64,000 nt of DNA, from the NCBI GenBank assembly GCA_040954595.2, contig CM082595.2, forward strand, positions 1,428,635 through 1,492,634, read 5' to 3'. The translations under genes and the position numbers were made by a program. Below the pieces are notes generated by a model, which made no database searches, had not been told where the DNA came from, and worked only from the letters and a program-made list of their open reading frames with translations. The DNA comes from Balanoglossus misakiensis. Its lineage: Eukaryota; Animalia; Hemichordata. Positions 24,901-38,721 of this stretch are shown here, one piece after another (the first letter of the stretch is position 1; each line of letters begins with the position of its first letter).

Positions 24901-27900
24901 AGGAGAAATATATATTTTATGTGAGATTACATTGTCAAAGAATGTTAAGAATCACAGAGATTCAATGATCTCACTATATTTCTAGACACTCTCTAGTAGC
25001 TCATTGAGAATCTCAGATTCTATTTTTTAAGACACTCTCAAAGCTCATTGATAATCTCGGAGATTCTATTTGTAGATACTTACCAGTTCACTGACAATCT
25101 CTGCTATTCTCCTCTTGGCACCCTCTACACAATCCTTAGCACCTTTTAATGTCACCTTATCACTCTTGGTTCCACTCCTAGGAAAGCTGACAGTAACGCC
25201 ACCATAATCATCACCTATCTCTCTCAGTACTTGACCACGTCTTGCAACAAAGTGACGGTGAAACTTTGGATCGACACTGATTTCACCCTCAGCGATGTCA
25301 TCCTGTGGGAAAAACAAAACAAAACAAATAAATCACTTTATAGATGCGGTTATGTATTTCACTCAGGAGTGACAGTTCAACAGAATGTCAGAGGTATTTG
25401 TGAGAGTCCTCCGCACAGAGCGAATAATTGTCACATTATTACACTGGTAACACTATGATGTACACAGCAGTCATTTTAGTTGCTAGAGAAACAATTCTCA
25501 ATGTCTTTTTGTTGCACTTTTAATACCAAATCTGCCAAACACCTACCAGACTTTTGATGAGTTTTTCCAGTTCTCCCTTTGCATCATCCACGCACTCCTT
25601 TTTACCAATAATTGTGATGAGTTCCTGGTCCTCATCATGGGAAGTTGGGAAGACAATACGCGCTCCGGTCTTATCCCGGACTTTCCTGATGTTGGCACCT
25701 CCTCGACCAATCAGGAATTTATGATACTCTGGCTTGCAATGGAGTTCAGCTGAGAAGCTTGACAATGCCTGCAAAGAAAATCAAGAGGAAATGTTGTATT
25801 TAACCCTTTCACCACAATGGTTCAGTCCAAACCCATTGTTTTTTATGGTAAGGTTGGACTTCTAACGAGGGAACTGGGGGTAAAATGTTATTAATTCAAA
25901 CATCATATCTTACCCGTTCATTGGCGAGTTCCATCAGTAATTTCTTGGCTTTATCTACATCATCTTTAGGTCCCCTAATGGTGACTTTATCACTGCCAGA
26001 TGCCTCGTTAGGAAAGTGGATCATCACTCCACCACACTCCTCCATAATTGACCTCACCAGACGACCTTTGGCACCGATCAGCGACTGGTGGTACTTGGGT
26101 GGAATACTGACCTCCACCTGTGTCACATTGGCCTGAAAATCACACGCACACAAAAACAGTCAAGCATGTGAATTTTCTTGTCTTAGTACTGGTTCAAAAC
26201 AATCTATTGAGGTGTAACTTGAGGTAGGTACACTGTAATTTTAAGGAGCCTGACAATTTTATCATGAAGGAACTTCTGACAAAGATTTATTAGCCAGCAC
26301 TTACCAATTCTTTCTGGATTGCCTGTATCTTATCCCTGGCCGATTCCACTTGATCTTTCTTGCCAATGATGATAATCATATCACTGTCGCTATCCTCACT
26401 TGGAATCTCAATCCTAGTGTCTGTTTCTTCCTTGATCTGTTTATGAAGTCAAAAGGATTACGATGTGAAAATAATGACAATAAAAGTAGTGCCAATGGCA
26501 CTGTAGCTACTAATTGTCTTAGACTACTATCGGACAGTGAAGCTACTATGGACATAAAATGCAGACACTACGTCAAAGTATTTGAATGCGAAGTGAAAAT
26601 ATCTAAATAAAATTATCAGTTTCCTGCCAGTAAAGGAAAAACTTTATTAGATTACTTATTTATAAACCCACACAATATGTACTGGTAGCTTATTTTTGGA
26701 TGACATGGATTGGTTCAAAATAGTATACAGATGCTAAAAAAATCATTGATGCACAGCTAAATTAAAAAGGAGATTTTACTGACCTTACTGATTGTGCTCC
26801 CTCCTTTGCCGATGATGTTCTTGTGGAATTTCTTGAAGATTGGAATTTCAATCTTGTAGTTGTTGGCAACCATTTCAGTGTTCAGTTGCTGCAGAAAACG
26901 AAAGCATTTATCCACGTCTTGTCTCGGACCACGAAGTGTTACAACATCGCTCTTTCTTCCTGGATCTGGGAATGTTATATTCACCTGAAAAATATACAAG
27001 ACATCATATATCAAAATATATTATGGCAGGTCCATGTATGTACATGTACTGTCCTCGTCATCACCTGAACGCATGTACAATGACGGTACTTCTGATTGGC
27101 TGAAATCACTTGTTTCCTCCCAATCTTCACCCTAGTCCAATCACAGCAACTGTTACATACCTGATTGAATTTCTCTCTGATCTCTTTGATATTTTCACCC
27201 TTGGCACCAATAATAGTTCTGTGGAAGCGCTGTTCAATCAGGATATCTCTGGACTTTTCGTTTTCCATTTTGTGGACCAACTCCAGAAGTTCTGTCTTGG
27301 CCTGGTCTACGCCTTTGGGACTCCCCTCAATACGAATTGTGCGACTTACATCATCTTCTCCGGGTATGTGGATAGACACACCAGTTTCTGCCTTGATACG
27401 GGACACTGTAACAATACAACGACCCGAAGTAAATATCACAATGTACCAATCCTCAAAATCCAGAATTCACTTTAAATTCATCAATTCTGAACTGGGAGAC
27501 ACTGTGTGTGTGTTTCCGTGCATGTGTGTGCACGTATGTGTGTACATACCATTAGATCCACTCTTTCCAATGATGTGTCGATGATACTTGGGATCCACTT
27601 GAATCTCAGCGAAGACAAATCTTTCTTGTAAATCCTTAGCAATATCGTCCAATGCTTTGCTTGCTTGGTTAACTTCTTCAGGTGGTCCTTCCACCGAAAT
27701 GGTATCTTTACCATCTTCAAATTCAATATGTACTCGTGGCAGTTCTTGTGTAATGCTTTTGATATTCTGTCCTCGTCTTCCGATGATGAATTTGTGCAAC
27801 CATGCTGGTGCCTTCACCTCAGAGATCACTATACTATTTGCCTGAAATAAATCAAGAATTATTTTAGAATAAAAAGTTGCATCAACCATTTGTCAATTGA

Positions 27901-30010
27901 CTGATAATGGTGGCAATGAGTTAAACTGAATCATATGCTCAACTTGTGACTGTCACATGATTGATGAATTTGTCCACATGACTCAGGCATGGGGTACGTA
28001 ACATCATCACATGCACGTTGCATGCATACCCAGTAGTAATCCCAAAGTATTCTACGCTACTGAACTTAATACACAACAGGAAAACCAGTTTTTGATTTAC
28101 CTTAGCATAAACCTGCGTAATAGCTGGCCCTAGTTTGTCTTGTTCACCTCTTAGAGTAATAGTTTCTGATGAGCTTTCCGATGGTGGCAGTTCCACAGAT
28201 ACTCCAGTTGTTGCTAAGATCTCCTGGATGTTGTTGCCACGGGGACCAATTACGTACTTGTGTTGAGATTTCCGTACTTCTAATGAAACTGTAGTTGTCT
28301 TCCTCTTCTGCAAATTTACAAGAACATAATTCTCAGTATTGTCAACTTGTTATGAGTACCAATTTTATAGGAGCAGAATTTTCTCTTGTTCTGGACTGTT
28401 CTATTTTTAGCCCAGTGATTCTATTTTGATTACTTTAAACAAGACTCGTCTCTCCTCAATTTGATTGGTGTTGCATTTTTCCAATAATACTAATGTTATA
28501 GATATTTACCTTGTCTTCATAAGTTTTCATGATTGATTGTATAGCTTTCAAGACCCCTTCTTTTTCACCAGAAACAACAATTTCATCTTTTTGAACACTG
28601 GGAGGCGGTACATGGATCTTAGCACCTGTCATTTCCATCAGTTCTTGGACATTTTTCCCTGTAGGTCCCATGATGAAGGGATGGTACACCTTTTCCACTT
28701 TGAGACGTTCAAAGGCCAATTTGGACTGCAAGAGAAGACCGTCAGTTTTTATGAGACAATCTGAATGAATGAATGAATGAATGAATGAATGAATGAATGA
28801 ATGAATGAATGAACGAATGAATGAACTTTATCTGTATGTTGCAAGTCATTTTTGGTCCATTATGCATGCAAGAAATTCTTTGTATTGTTCTAGCTTATTG
28901 GTACTGACGTAAAATAATGAAAATGTTATTAAATGAAATTAACAAAACTTGGCAATAATATGGTCGTTTATTTCTACAACTTACCTGTTCCTCTGAAATG
29001 AGTTGTATTTCATGTTTGGCTTTCTCAATACCCTCCTTTGTTCCAATGATGCGAATCTGGTCTGAGTTGTCTTCTGAGCGTGGGACGTTAATCTTCGTCG
29101 AGGTTATCAATTCCAGATCTCTCAGCTTGGATCCTCCTTTTCCAAGTAAGAAACGGTGATGTTCCTTGGGAATGGGAAGCGTGACGTTGGCTTGGGTTTG
29201 GAGTTTGGAGATGACCTCACGTCTGGCCTGCATCACTGCATCAGTCTTTCCAGTTACCATAATGGTAAGACTTTGGTCCTTAGACATGCTCATTTCAATG
29301 TGGGTGCCTGTAATACACAATAACATCAAATGCTGATGTAAGTACATGTATAAACAAAAAAACCTGATAGGTGCCAACAACTGTCATTTCAGGTCTAATA
29401 GTTTGTCAAGTAAGGGCAAAGATGTTTGAGTTATTCACCTGTTTTCTGCATGATGTCATAACATATCTTATTGGATTGTTCCGCCTCACCAAATCGTTGT
29501 TCGTTCGTGAAGTCACGGTAGCGTCTTTCTTCCAAGGGAACATGAAACACCTGAGAGACAAAAAGAATACTGATGGTAAATAAAATGCATTTGAATGTAG
29601 GTTTGATTTCTCAACAATCATGGGACAATTACATATATATTTTTGCAAATAAGCCCTCTCAGAAATTTCTGTGATAACTGAATATGAGGAATCGAAGTTT
29701 GAAAAGATGAACAGTTGATGGAATATTCAGGACTGACCTGAGTGACTGTGGAAGACCTAACAGCCATCTTGGTTGGATAGGACACACCCTGGCCTGGTGG
29801 TACTCTAACTGAAGCGGCAACAATCTCAGCAGTAGTCATTGCAGAGCTGGTGTTAACAGCTCCGGCGTGTGATGTCAAAGCGGTCGGTAGTGGAGGGAAA
29901 GCTTCTGCGTAGGTTGGCTGATACGCCTGGTCATCCACAGTCTCTTTGGTTTCCATGCCAACAAAGTCTGCACTTGCACTCCCAGTGCTGTTTACAATAT
30001 CCGAATCCAT
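21997..30010 (-). CDS. HDLBP: Vigilin (high-density lipoprotein-binding protein), multi-KH-domain RNA-binding protein, about 1287 aa
   Basis: Serial KH domains with GxxG loops (HHRFLLGKGG, HKYVIGPRG, YHRHIIGKSG, FHKNIIGKGG, HPRLIGGKG), N-terminal YAEAFPPL and C-terminal GFVVREAPW...YPSL...WGP, typical of vigilin. Coding exons, all GT-AG and phase-consistent: 30010-29738, 29550-29439, 29307-28985, 28725-28510, 28307-28101, 27841-27550, 27405-27161, 26984-26784, 26436-26305, 26132-25914, 25768-25547, 25302-25084, 24590-24446, 24262-24120, 23934-23830, 23578-23444, 23210-22989, 22717-22499, 22230-21997 (TGA). Total 3864 nt. Confidence 0.97.
22741..22800 (+). mobile_element. piggyBac-like MITE, truncated copy (vigilin intron)
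   Basis: ttaaccctctcactacaatggttcagtccaaacctattgttctctatggtaaggtt matches the left two thirds of the 20942 copy. Confidence 0.8.
24983..25070. repeat. Two-copy tandem duplication of about 46 bp
   Basis: agacactctc...gctcattga(g/t)aatctc...agattctattt occurs twice. Confidence 0.7.
25800..25890 (+). mobile_element. piggyBac-like MITE, right end decayed (fills most of a 145-bp vigilin intron)
   Basis: ttaaccctttcaccacaatggttcagtccaaacccattgttttttatggtaaggttggac... is near-identical to the 20942 copy. Confidence 0.85.
28762..28826. repeat. (TGAA)n microsatellite
   Basis: About 16 copies of gaat in a vigilin intron. Confidence 0.95.
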
Positions 30011-31777
30011 AGTCGGTTTCCGGGGTCAAGTCTGACAGTACCACTATTTATAAAGAAAACAAGTGTATCTCTAGTTCAGTTCATGGGACATTCATCACTG
30101 AATGGAACATTGGTATATGATCTGGGAACCCTGGTAACATGTCTGCTACCCATTGCTATAAATGAATTGATACAAATCAACCCTTTAAAATGATGAGGGA
30201 ACCTTAGAATATTCACCAGCGTACCGCCCTAAAAAACCGCAATGATTTTCACCAAAATACAGCTACGTTTCATTTTATGTGAAATCCAGTTCAACACCAT
30301 CAACTTTGATAACACTGAGGGTTGGAACTACTTTAACCGAAGTCCACATTAGGTTGCTGCATATGGCAGACCAATGCCAACCATTGTATGCAAATTCCAC
30401 ACCCCAACGTAAACAATTCACCCAAGGGCAGAAACTGGCACAGCAGATGAAAAAAATCTCCAAAAGTTGCATTTTCTCCAAACATTAGCATTCTTCAACA
30501 TTCCTTTTTGAAGTAAATCTACGAGTAAGTAATGATTAGAAGATTTAATATGGTATGGCACTAAGCTGATACATGCAGATTTACTGTGGGTCACCTTGGC
30601 AGTCAAAAGATCATCAGTAGTTATAGTACTAAAGAACATACTGATAAGATTAGAATGTTCATCTCAGAGAGTTGACCAGACACAGTTTTATGTTGGATTC
30701 TGATTGACTATATTCTGACTCAGGAATATAATATTAAAACAAAAATTTATGTTGAAAATTTCCTGTAGTCATTATCAGCAGTGACGTTGCCATGACATCA
30801 CCAATTTCTGACATTCTGTATGGAATGTCACCATGACAACATGGAATGTTTCCATGACAACATATCCAATGCGTATATGAATTCACTGCCATAATACCGA
30901 ATTGTAGATTTCATTTAAATAGTGTAATACTGCTAATCTTGACAAGTTGTATACAATCAAAAAAGGAAGGTTTGCACAGAAAAGGAACAAACACACACAG
31001 AAAAGCTTTAATGGCTCAAGTTTTACAGGGCCATGGATAATTAGAAAAAAATGAACATGAAACAAACATCACATTGATTCACTAATCACCACAATTGACA
31101 AATTTCTCTATTTCACTCAGAATCTCAATTCCCCATTCCAAGCTTCAAGAGGGAAATGTTTTCTAAAAGTAAATTCTTACAAAGGAGACTTCATGCTGTT
31201 AACACTACAACCATGACTTAACATTCCAATCAAGTAGCTCTATCAGATCACACTGGGGAGCCAAAGGAATTTCCATCATCTCAGATGTATAAATACCAAA
31301 GCATGTGAATTTAGAAGTTTTCTATGATTTAACACAGTTTCTTTAAACAAACTCTGCATTTTCCAGTATTACAGTTCTATTTTTAGTGACGTCGATTTTT
31401 TCTGAGTCAAGAACAATCTTTTGGCTTCTCAAATAATTTAGATCAATTAAGTGTTTACCATATTGCTTTCATAAAAATTACTACTTTAAATTATTTCAAG
31501 TCCATCATAGACGATAGATAACATATAATTGTTTTCCTTCAAAGATAATTCTCAATTATCCATGGCAAATCATTCTGGTTTAGACCACAGTAGAATTATC
31601 TCATAGCTCTGGAGTGGATAAAAATATAAATGACCAGGTCAGGCTGGGAATTTTTTTTGAGTTTTACAGACCTGCCCTGGCAGCAACAGATAAAATCAGA
31701 CAGTTGGTTATTTAGTGACCTGACAATACCTTTTACACCCTTCATGAATATGACGATCGCAAATATTGCCGTTAATT

Positions 31778-31794
31778 CCCCCCCCCCCCCCCCC
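31778..31794. repeat. C17 homopolymer (G17 on the vigilin sense strand)
   Basis: Directly visible. Confidence 0.9.
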
Positions 31795-31939
31795 AGCTGA
31801 TCTGCAAGTGTGACGAAGCCAAAACCAACATTACCATAAGTGACACGTGTGTGTTTCCCACTGTCCCCATGTCCATATCAGTATCATGAAATGGCTGCCA
31901 ACATAATCAACAAATCGGACCACTATGTGAACCCAACTG

Positions 31940-32700
31940 ATGGCCAAAATACGAGCCGGTATCCAGATATTATATATAATACGTTCTTCCCGTCTAAAAC
32001 TTTCAAGTAGTTCCATTTGACGGAACAATTTTCGCCGGAAGTATCAAAACTTTGATCATGTCTGGGAGTACATGTACATAGGTCGCAGCAGTGCGTTTTA
32101 ACAGATGTTCAGATAGTCACAAAACTACGACGCAACGCGATCGTATGGGTTGACTGTCTCTACGGAGTATTAAAGACATACCTCGGGCCCCAGCTGATAT
32201 CGTGATATAGTCCTTATATATATTTGGTTTAGTCCCGAAAAGTACCAATTCCTTGGGTAAGTTGGGGAGGGGTTCAAAATTTGCGATAACTACGAATCGG
32301 TACTCACACGAATGGCGCTGTTAGCCGTAAAGTCCGTCCAAGAAATGAAGCTAGATTCTTCAGAGCTCCAGAGTGGCTGATAATCAGTCTGAAAAAATCG
32401 AAAATTTCTGTTAGTTTTGTTGTCAGCGTCGTGAAATCACAAAAATCTGGTGAAAACACACGTAGCTCGCCACGTACCACGGACAAAGAAATATAATGGA
32501 AGTCCACGAATTTCCCGTGTATTTTGAGATATCCTTCCGCACGGCGCAGATTTCTGCAAAAAAGACCCTCGGCGATTGGTTAATTTTGGGAAGCTATCGG
32601 ATTTCGTCATACTCAGCCCAATGACAAATCACTTCATATAATACCATCACCGAAAAACTTCTCGATATTTACAAGAGCGCATAATACAAAAATAAAACAG
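31940..32700 (-). promoter_or_regulatory. CpG-enriched putative vigilin promoter and non-coding first exon(s)
   Basis: Local CpG enrichment and an ETS motif (ccggaagt, about 32035). Minus-strand donor sites GAG|gtatgt at 32181 and CGT|gtgagt at 32307. The ATG exon has an acceptor at 30044-30045, so an upstream UTR exon is expected. Confidence 0.55.
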
Positions 32701-34199
32701 AGAATGGTTAATATAGGGACCTGTATCATTAAATATGATTGCGACTTTGTCAACGATCTCCCCAAATGATATCATATTCATTTTAAGCGGGTTTCTTTTA
32801 TTGCGCGTAGTAATTTTAGGGCTTCCTGAAGGCTGGGTTCAAAGGTCACGCAAGAGGGTTCTATCAGCTGAAACGTGTCACCTAATCAATTACAATACGC
32901 ATTGTATTGGAAAGGACCCGTGTCCTAGGGTTTGGCCGGAAGTATAAACCGACAAAGTACGACTGCGTTCTTGCAGGTTGCCGGTTACACGAAGGTCAAA
33001 CGCTGCAATCGACACAGCTGGTCACTTGGTGTCTGCAATCGACATAGATCTGTGGTACACATCCATATGTAAAATGGCACAGTGAATAACTGTTGGCACG
33101 AAACTCGCCCCAACTGTTAACAGACATTGCATATTGTCTATTTGTGATGCTTTAGACACGATCGTGGCAACCCAACTCTTATTAATAAATTTACAATACA
33201 TGTATGATTGGCTGATACTCCCATTAGCAAACAGGTAGAAACTGACAAGGACTGATCGACTGTTCATTATTTTGAAGCATCACAGCACGAGGGCGCTGCA
33301 TACTTAGTATATCCCGTCATGGTTACGGACACGATTTATATCGTGCAAATGCAACGATCGTCAAAAAGCTATAAAAAACTGCAAATGACAAAAAGTTTCA
33401 CACTGATCTAACCTGTCTAACTTGAGAGATCAGTGCGTATATATACGTATCGCGCAGTTTCTGCGCGTATTAGATGTTGATTTCTGAAATGTACATCACA
33501 TGTACAGATCCTACTTGATGCGAGATCCCTGGATACGATTACGAAATGTCGTACGTACTTCCATCATTTGCAAGATATTCTTTAAGACTGACAATAAAAT
33601 TCCCTTTTTTTTTTTTCATGTTTGATATAAAATCCGCATTATCTGCGAAGTGTGTTTTAAAAACCTTTTGGCCTATCTGACATGCCTTGATGTTTGTACT
33701 TTAAGACATGCATTTCTATATTTATTGACAATAAAACTTTTTATTGATATTAAGGAAACAAAAGGTCAGCTGGGCATTGCATACATTAAAGCAGATCACG
33801 TTAGACGAGTCACCAGACACAACGTATAGACAGAAGTGAGCCATACCACTTTATTATCTAATCTATGAAAGTCTGACACAAGGAATAGAAGGTGAGTGTT
33901 CACTCGCTGATCGGTTTATACTGTACATCAAATGTGCACCTAGATGATAACATGATCATTTTATTTTTCCAAATCTTGATTTTTTTGTCTGCGCGATATC
34001 GCTTCCGTCCAGGCCTAGTCGTAGGCCTAGTAATAAGTAATTTATTTATTGACACTTCGCTGCGCTGCAGTGTTCTGATACAGAAAAAAAAAAATTAGTT
34101 TTTGGTACAAAAGTGAAACATGCCCTTATTCCGCGATTCTTACACAAACGATTGATATAATGGATGTATTTCAAACACTTAATTCAATTCCAAATCAAA

Positions 34200-34850
34200 T
34201 GCGTTCGTAAATTTCGCTACACATAGAAAGCACGTGACCATTGTATGTTGACACACATACTGTATACGCCCCCCTGATATCAACGTTGTCTTTGGATCAC
34301 ATGAAAAATCACGTGACAATAACAATGTACGTTCGATCCAGCGTCAATTGCATTTCCGGTCTTTGTATGTAATCTACGTCAGGCAATATTTTCTAGTCAG
34401 ACGAAATCGCGAAAGAGACGACGCAACGTTATATATGAACCGATCTGCTATTGATTATTGTGTGTGTTTCAATACTGTCTAATTTAGTAAATCTCTTGGT
34501 GCCGGATTGTAGGTAAGTATTTTGCCGACGCGCGTATGGGGGTACACGTATACACGTGTGTGTAGTGGACCAGTGCAGTGCAGGTCCCCCGGGCTATACA
34601 CTGGCCTTGGTGGCGCGGTGGGGTAGTTTAAATATCACGGTCACTTGCGGATGGACCGTGTTTCTATTTTTTTTAGATCGTCTCGCGATCATCTGATAAC
34701 GCAGTCGCGACTGCGTCTGGAAATGTCAATTTCATGATATCGACATTATAATGTAAGGAACCGGCCCGCGCGCGCGCGCTTGATTGACCGCAGCTGCTGC
34801 GGACATTGTTGTTGTCCTTGACATTGAAATTTGAACTCGTTCGGGGCAAT
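34200..34850 (+). promoter_or_regulatory. CpG-enriched NPL promoter, first non-coding exon (donor AG|gtaagt at 34513) and start of intron 1
   Basis: CACGTG E-boxes at 34231, 34310 and about 34553, an ETS site ttccgg at about 34354, a (CG)6 run at 34767-34779, and a strong donor followed by an acceptor at 34971-34972. Confidence 0.6.
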
Positions 34851-35018
34851 GATGTATTCTCTTTGTGTACATCCATCCCTGCAGCCGAGAAGTAAAAAAA
34901 AAAGAGTTATAATAGAGGAGAAATATTGGTTTCTTTTGAATATTTTTTTTATTCATTTTATTTTATTTCCAGGTTTAAGATTTTGTTGTTTCCAAGTGCG
35001 CCAAAGAAGTGAGATTTG

Positions 35019-38000
35019 ATGATGTCAAACCAAGCCAATTGTCTTCCTAATGGAGATGTGAGTTGACATAGTTTAATCGCTTTTAGTCATGTCAGAGAGA
35101 TCTGAACTTTGAGTTATGGGCGTTTCCTAAGTGCATTCGTGTGTCTGCTTATTTGCTCAATTAACCTGCCATGCATGCGCACAATTGTGAATATGATTTT
35201 CATCAGTATGAGAAAACAATTGGAATGGATAAAAAAAAAATGTGGCCTTATGTTTGAAATGTGAAATGTAACATTCTAGTATAGTGTCTGTTTCATTGGG
35301 GAACATATGGCTACATTGTATTTCAATATGAGTTGAAAATATTTGAAATTTGTTTTAATAACATTTCAAAGATGGGCACAAACAATGACTGACTCAAATC
35401 GAGGACATGCAAAGTACAGCCTGTGCCTGCTTAACTGTTTATCCTAGAATCTAGACCTTTCTGAACTCACATATAGAAAGGTCATCACATTGAGCTGACA
35501 ACAAGTTGACTGCCCTTAACCATTCCAAAGCTCCCTGGAGGTCCAACTTTACATAGCATGCATAGGAAACAATGCGTTTGGACCAAACCATGGTGGTGAA
35601 AGGGTCCATGCACTGAATACATGATGAGCTTATGAATCTATGAGGTCATACTGTCCTTGGGGTGTCAGCCTGTCTCTACCAATAAAAATATCTCCAGATA
35701 AATATCTTGGAAAAATGAATTTACTTCTGGAAAATTGATATAGTCACTTGTGCTATAATAAAACATCAATGATGACAACTTTTGACAATAATTGAGAAAA
35801 TATGATTTTTCCATTTTTTGTAGGTAACAGATGCATATGCAATCAAAGGCTTGGTGGCTGCTCCCTTCACACCATTCAAAGAAGATGGGTAAGTGACTCT
35901 ACTTACCTCCTTTAACTGAAATGGTACAGCCCTAACCTATCAGACAAAGTATGAGATTTTACTCTGTACTGTGTCATGTTCCATTTTGAGTAGAGGGGTT
36001 GACAGTTCAACTGTGAATGTTTTCCAGCTGTTTCATGTTTTGCTGAAAATCTGAATAAAAATTTGCGTGATTTGGGTTCGTTAAGAAGCGGTTGTTTTTC
36101 ACGAAGCAGTAAGCTATTAAAACATCCACCCTATGATTCTTTCGCTCTGCGATTAGGTTTCTTGGAGCACTCAGCAGGATGTTGGTGCACTTTCGGACCA
36201 AAATATAGTTTTATTATCAAATAGGAATTGCAGTAAGCTGTTCCCGGAAACATATTCACTGACAATATTATTTCTTTTCCAAAGTGAGTTGAATTTACCT
36301 GTCATTGATGATTACGCCCAAGCATTGGCCGACGATGGAGTTCTTGGAGTTTTCAGTAAGTATAATAAAACATATTTGTTTAAAAGTTACAACTGAATTT
36401 GCTAACTTGGAAATGTGCTATCTGAAGTTTGTATATATGTGTGTATATTAGTTACACTTTAATTATTTTATTTTCAGTTTGTGGAACGACAGGAGAAGGC
36501 GTTTCTATGACAGTGGAGGAAAGAAAACAGGTTGCAGAGAAATGGATTGAAGCTGCCAAAGGGAGGTAGGTAACACACAAACAAACAAACAATCTATTGT
36601 TTATATGTATAGAAATGTCCATATGAAGAAATATGGGCTTTTAAGAATATTTCCATGTAATACACTTACAGATAACATTATATTATATCTTGGCAGATTG
36701 GATGGTGTAATAATCCATGTTGGTGCAAACTGTCTAAACGACACAAAAGCGCTGGTAAGTATAAGAAAAAGTTGTACACAAGTTGATGTGATATTATTTA
36801 CCAATAGTTGCAATTGAAGATAATATTCTTCCATCATTGGTTTAATTGTAGGCCAGACATGCGGTAGACATTGGTGCATCAGCCATCGCTACCATGGCAA
36901 CCACATTTTTCCGGCCATCATCAGAAGGTGAGTAGAAATACACGTCGAGTCACTGATGATGTATGAAATGGTCAGTATCTCTGTGTATTGGTGTATAAGA
37001 TTCCAAGTAAATCACAACAAAATATTTTATGTGTAATTTCAGAGGAACTAGCATCATATTTGGCTGAAATTTCACTGGCTGCACCGAGTCTGCCATTGTA
37101 TTTTTACAATATTGCACCAATGACGGGAGTTCATGGTAAGTACGCTGCAAACTTTCAATATATAACATGAAATCTCATTGGCTGCTTTGTTACTAAGCAG
37201 AGCCAACATACAAGAGTTGTCTGAACTGTACATATGAACCTATTCACTTTTATTTCATTTTATTTCTTGTTTGTCATCAGTGTGCAATGAAAGACTCCTT
37301 GAAGTCATTGACAAGAAGATTCCGATACCATCATTCCGAGGAATCAAGTTCACATCCTATGATTTGTTTGACTTCAGTCGGTGTTTGATTTACGGTGGTG
37401 GAAAATATCACATTCTATATGGACAAGATGAGGTAGCTGTCTTCAAGCACTTTACTGTCTCTTAGTCAAATGAGATTTCATCTGTGCTAATGCAAATCAA
37501 CAATTATCATTGCAGTTTAGTCAATGAAGGACACTCATGTTAAAACTGTACACAGTTATGGCCTTAACATGGAAAACAACATGAAACTCTGCCAAGTGGT
37601 GGATCTATTACAACCTTGATCTGCCAATTTTGGACTAAGCTTATCTTAGTGTACTTAGATAAAAAATAAACTGTCAACATTTGCTAATGCTGATGTGACC
37701 TATGTTTCTAAACTAAGTGGTGTTGTTCTGCCTTTCAACAGAATCTACTTCCATCTCTCACACTTGGTGCAGATTCATTCATCGGAAGGTGAGTCTTATC
37801 ACAGAATAGACTTGTTCTGTACACAGATTGATGGCCATGAGGTTAGAGGTCAAATGAACATGTGACTTTGTATGGAAGGACATTTCTACAGTTTATAACT
37901 TTTCTTGTAAAGGCCGACCAAGGATAAAGAGAAAGTTTTTTATCAATAACAAATATGCTGAAAGTGGCTGCCAGTATGGCTTTTATAAGTGGCAAAAGTT

Positions 38001-38721
38001 GAATTTACAACTTGCATTTTATTTTCATTCCATTAGTACTTTCAACTATGCTGGTAAATTGTACAACAGTATTATAAGTGATTATCATAAAGGCGACATC
38101 CTCAAAGCCAGGCAAGCACAGGTGAGATAGATAAATATACCAGTTACTATAAATCTGTGGAGTGCTATTTGTACGGGTAGTAAGTTGCCAAATGTACTGT
38201 ACAATATGTATGCAAATGAAGGTTGCACTGTACAATATGTATGCAAATGAGGTAATGGTTGCAACGAACATGTAACTAGTTTGAATGTGCATGAATCTGG
38301 AGCTTTAAGAGTTTTTATTTTTGTGATTTTCAGTTTCGGAGTCAAGCATTCGTTTCCGTGATAAAAAATCATTTGAAGACAGGTAAGTTCATATGCCTAT
38401 TAGTCTCCATGGAAACAGTCTCTTATTAGGGGAGATTATTATAGTTTCATATTTTGGTTGTAATACTTCTGTTACATGCATTTATCATAGACTTTATTAT
38501 AATAATGATTGTTCTGAAATTTGGCAACAATTTTAATTCCGAGTTGTACACATTATTTCAATGTTTCAGGTGTTGCATTCTGCAGTATTAACAAGGCAGT
38601 TATGAGACTGTGTGGCATTGATGTTGGCCCCGCCCGAATGCCGATGCAAAACTTGACCAAAGAGCAGGTGTCACATCTGAAGCAAGATTTAGAAGACATT
38701 GGTTTCTTTGAATGGAAATAG
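35019..38721 (+). CDS. NPL: N-acetylneuraminate lyase (sialic acid aldolase, DHDPS/NAL family), about 324 aa
   Basis: Motifs KGLVAAPFTPF, ICGTTGEGVSMTVEERKQVAEKW, VIIHVGA, LPLYFYNI (catalytic Tyr), FRGIKF (Schiff-base Lys), YGQDE, GSTFNYAG and GPARMP are collinear with vertebrate NPL. Coding exons: 35019-35057, 35824-35888, 36285-36355, 36478-36565, 36697-36754, 36852-36927, 37043-37135, 37281-37432, 37742-37788, 38037-38121, 38334-38382, 38570-38721 (TAG). Total 975 nt, phases consistent. Confidence 0.95.
35516..35608 (-). mobile_element. piggyBac-like MITE, diverged reverse copy (NPL intron)
   Basis: ttaacc...gaggtccaactttac...tttggaccaaaccatggtggtgaaagggt matches the 62898 copy. Confidence 0.7.
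38197..38250. repeat. Two-copy tandem duplication with a period of about 31 bp
   Basis: ctgtacaatatgtatgcaaatga occurs twice in an NPL intron. Confidence 0.75.

Noticed and set aside
27000-27070. Box C-like GTGATGA in a vigilin intron (also at about 30092) suggesting a C/D snoRNA
   Set aside because: No appropriately spaced CTGA box D or terminal stem within the intron.
21963-29583. Numerous short plus-strand ORFs over vigilin
   Set aside because: Antisense shadows of KH-domain exons with no independent homology.
34605-34680. tRNA A-box-like ggtggcgcggtggggtag
   Set aside because: No B box (GTTCRA) and no cloverleaf.
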